64,000 bases of DNA from NCBI GenBank assembly GCA_964016885.1, contig OZ024741.1:234298001-234362000 (forward strand). The letters run 5' to 3'. The notes beneath the pieces were generated by a model, which was given only the letters and a program-made list of their open reading frames with translations, did no database searches and was not told the origin of the DNA. Position numbers and translations under genes: made by a program. Position 1 is the first letter of the stretch. Each line of letters starts with the position of its first letter. Positions 62,946 through 64,000 of this stretch are shown piece by piece. The stretch is from Eledone cirrhosa. Taxonomy: Eukaryota.

Positions 62946-63471
62946 AGCGTTCAGCGAGAACTTGCAACCATCAGATACGATTTTTGCACAGAAAAGTCAT
63001 AACATTGCACACTCAAAACGGTAGTGTTAAAGTCCTTAACAATTTTAGATTTCATAAAAGGATAAATCGGTATTCTCATATCTATCTCAAATCCAATTGG
63101 AAAGATGACTATTGATGATAATCCTCTAAAGAAATCTTTTAAAAAATTTTAAATTGCAATAAAACGTTAAGGACTTCCACATGAATGAATTTCTAAACTC
63201 AGCAATAGAGCATAATTTAAATAATGTATGTGTTCGAGAACATAGGTCCATACCTGAGAAACAGATGAAATACCATCAGCTAAACGTAGAGTTCAAACTC
63301 ATTACATAATCGGTTATAGTAAATAACTGTAATGCTGCAGTTAGTGGTGCTGATATAATTGTAAATAAATAAGTGATTTCTTCATTATTGACTGTAGAAA
63401 GTATTTCATCGCGATGAAATACTTACACGCGCGCGCGCGCGCATAAACATACATGCACACACACACGCACG

Positions 63472-63557
<86 letters not shown>

Positions 63558-63729
63558 TATATATGTATGTATATATGTATGTATGTAGATGTAAAGGTTT
63601 GGTCCCGCCTTGATGTGACAATTGAGACCATTGAAATGCGTATAACTAATAAAATGGTTTACAATTCTAGAATATTGTCTTATTCTTCATTCTTATATAC
63701 AGAGGGAGAGAAGAGGGACATACACACAC

Positions 63730-63777
<48 letters not shown>

Positions 63778-63821
63778 TCGTGCGGTCTCCGTATAAGATA
63801 GCTTATTTGTCTTATTACATA

Positions 63822-64000
63822 GGTGTTTGATCCAGACCTCCAAATGGACAAAAGCTGGGACGCGGTAACCAGCAGGGTGACCACTCTCATCCAGAAATGG
63901 GCCGAGAGAAAGCTATCTCTGAAAGGTCCGGCAGAGGTGGCGAACACATACAAGCTGTCTGTCATCTACTACTGACCGTCGTGCCTTGTCCTGGTCCAAG
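63822..64000 (+). mobile_element. Tx1-like ORF2 fragment
   Basis: FDPDLQMDKSWDAV..KWAERKLSLKG.AEVAN. Confidence 0.7.

Overview
Repeat-saturated, AT-rich metazoan DNA with no host protein-coding gene that I can support. The SINE/LINE repertoire and huge (TA)n/(CA)n fields suggest a cephalopod, probably octopus (inference). The window holds nested, mostly decayed mobile elements: RTE-clade LINEs of several families, Tx1-like, CR1-like, CRE-like and R4/Dong-like LINE pieces, two Penelope-like elements (PLEs) with Naiad-type RT + GIY-YIG domains, a young non-autonomous LTR element (TSD, PBS, PPT), a solo LTR, tRNA-derived SINEs, a 5S rRNA copy, a mariner relic and a pogo/Tigger-type MITE. The most interesting layer is non-coding. 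Several minimal type-I hammerhead ribozyme motifs are present (best at 16249-16313, 27528-27570 and 54296-54338), some inside short ORF-less fold-back palindromes next to (TA)n. Also notable are two clean 5' inversions and two Tx1 copies that both sit in (GATA)n arrays. All calls are by eye; no searches or folding programs were run, and boundaries of decayed elements are approximate.
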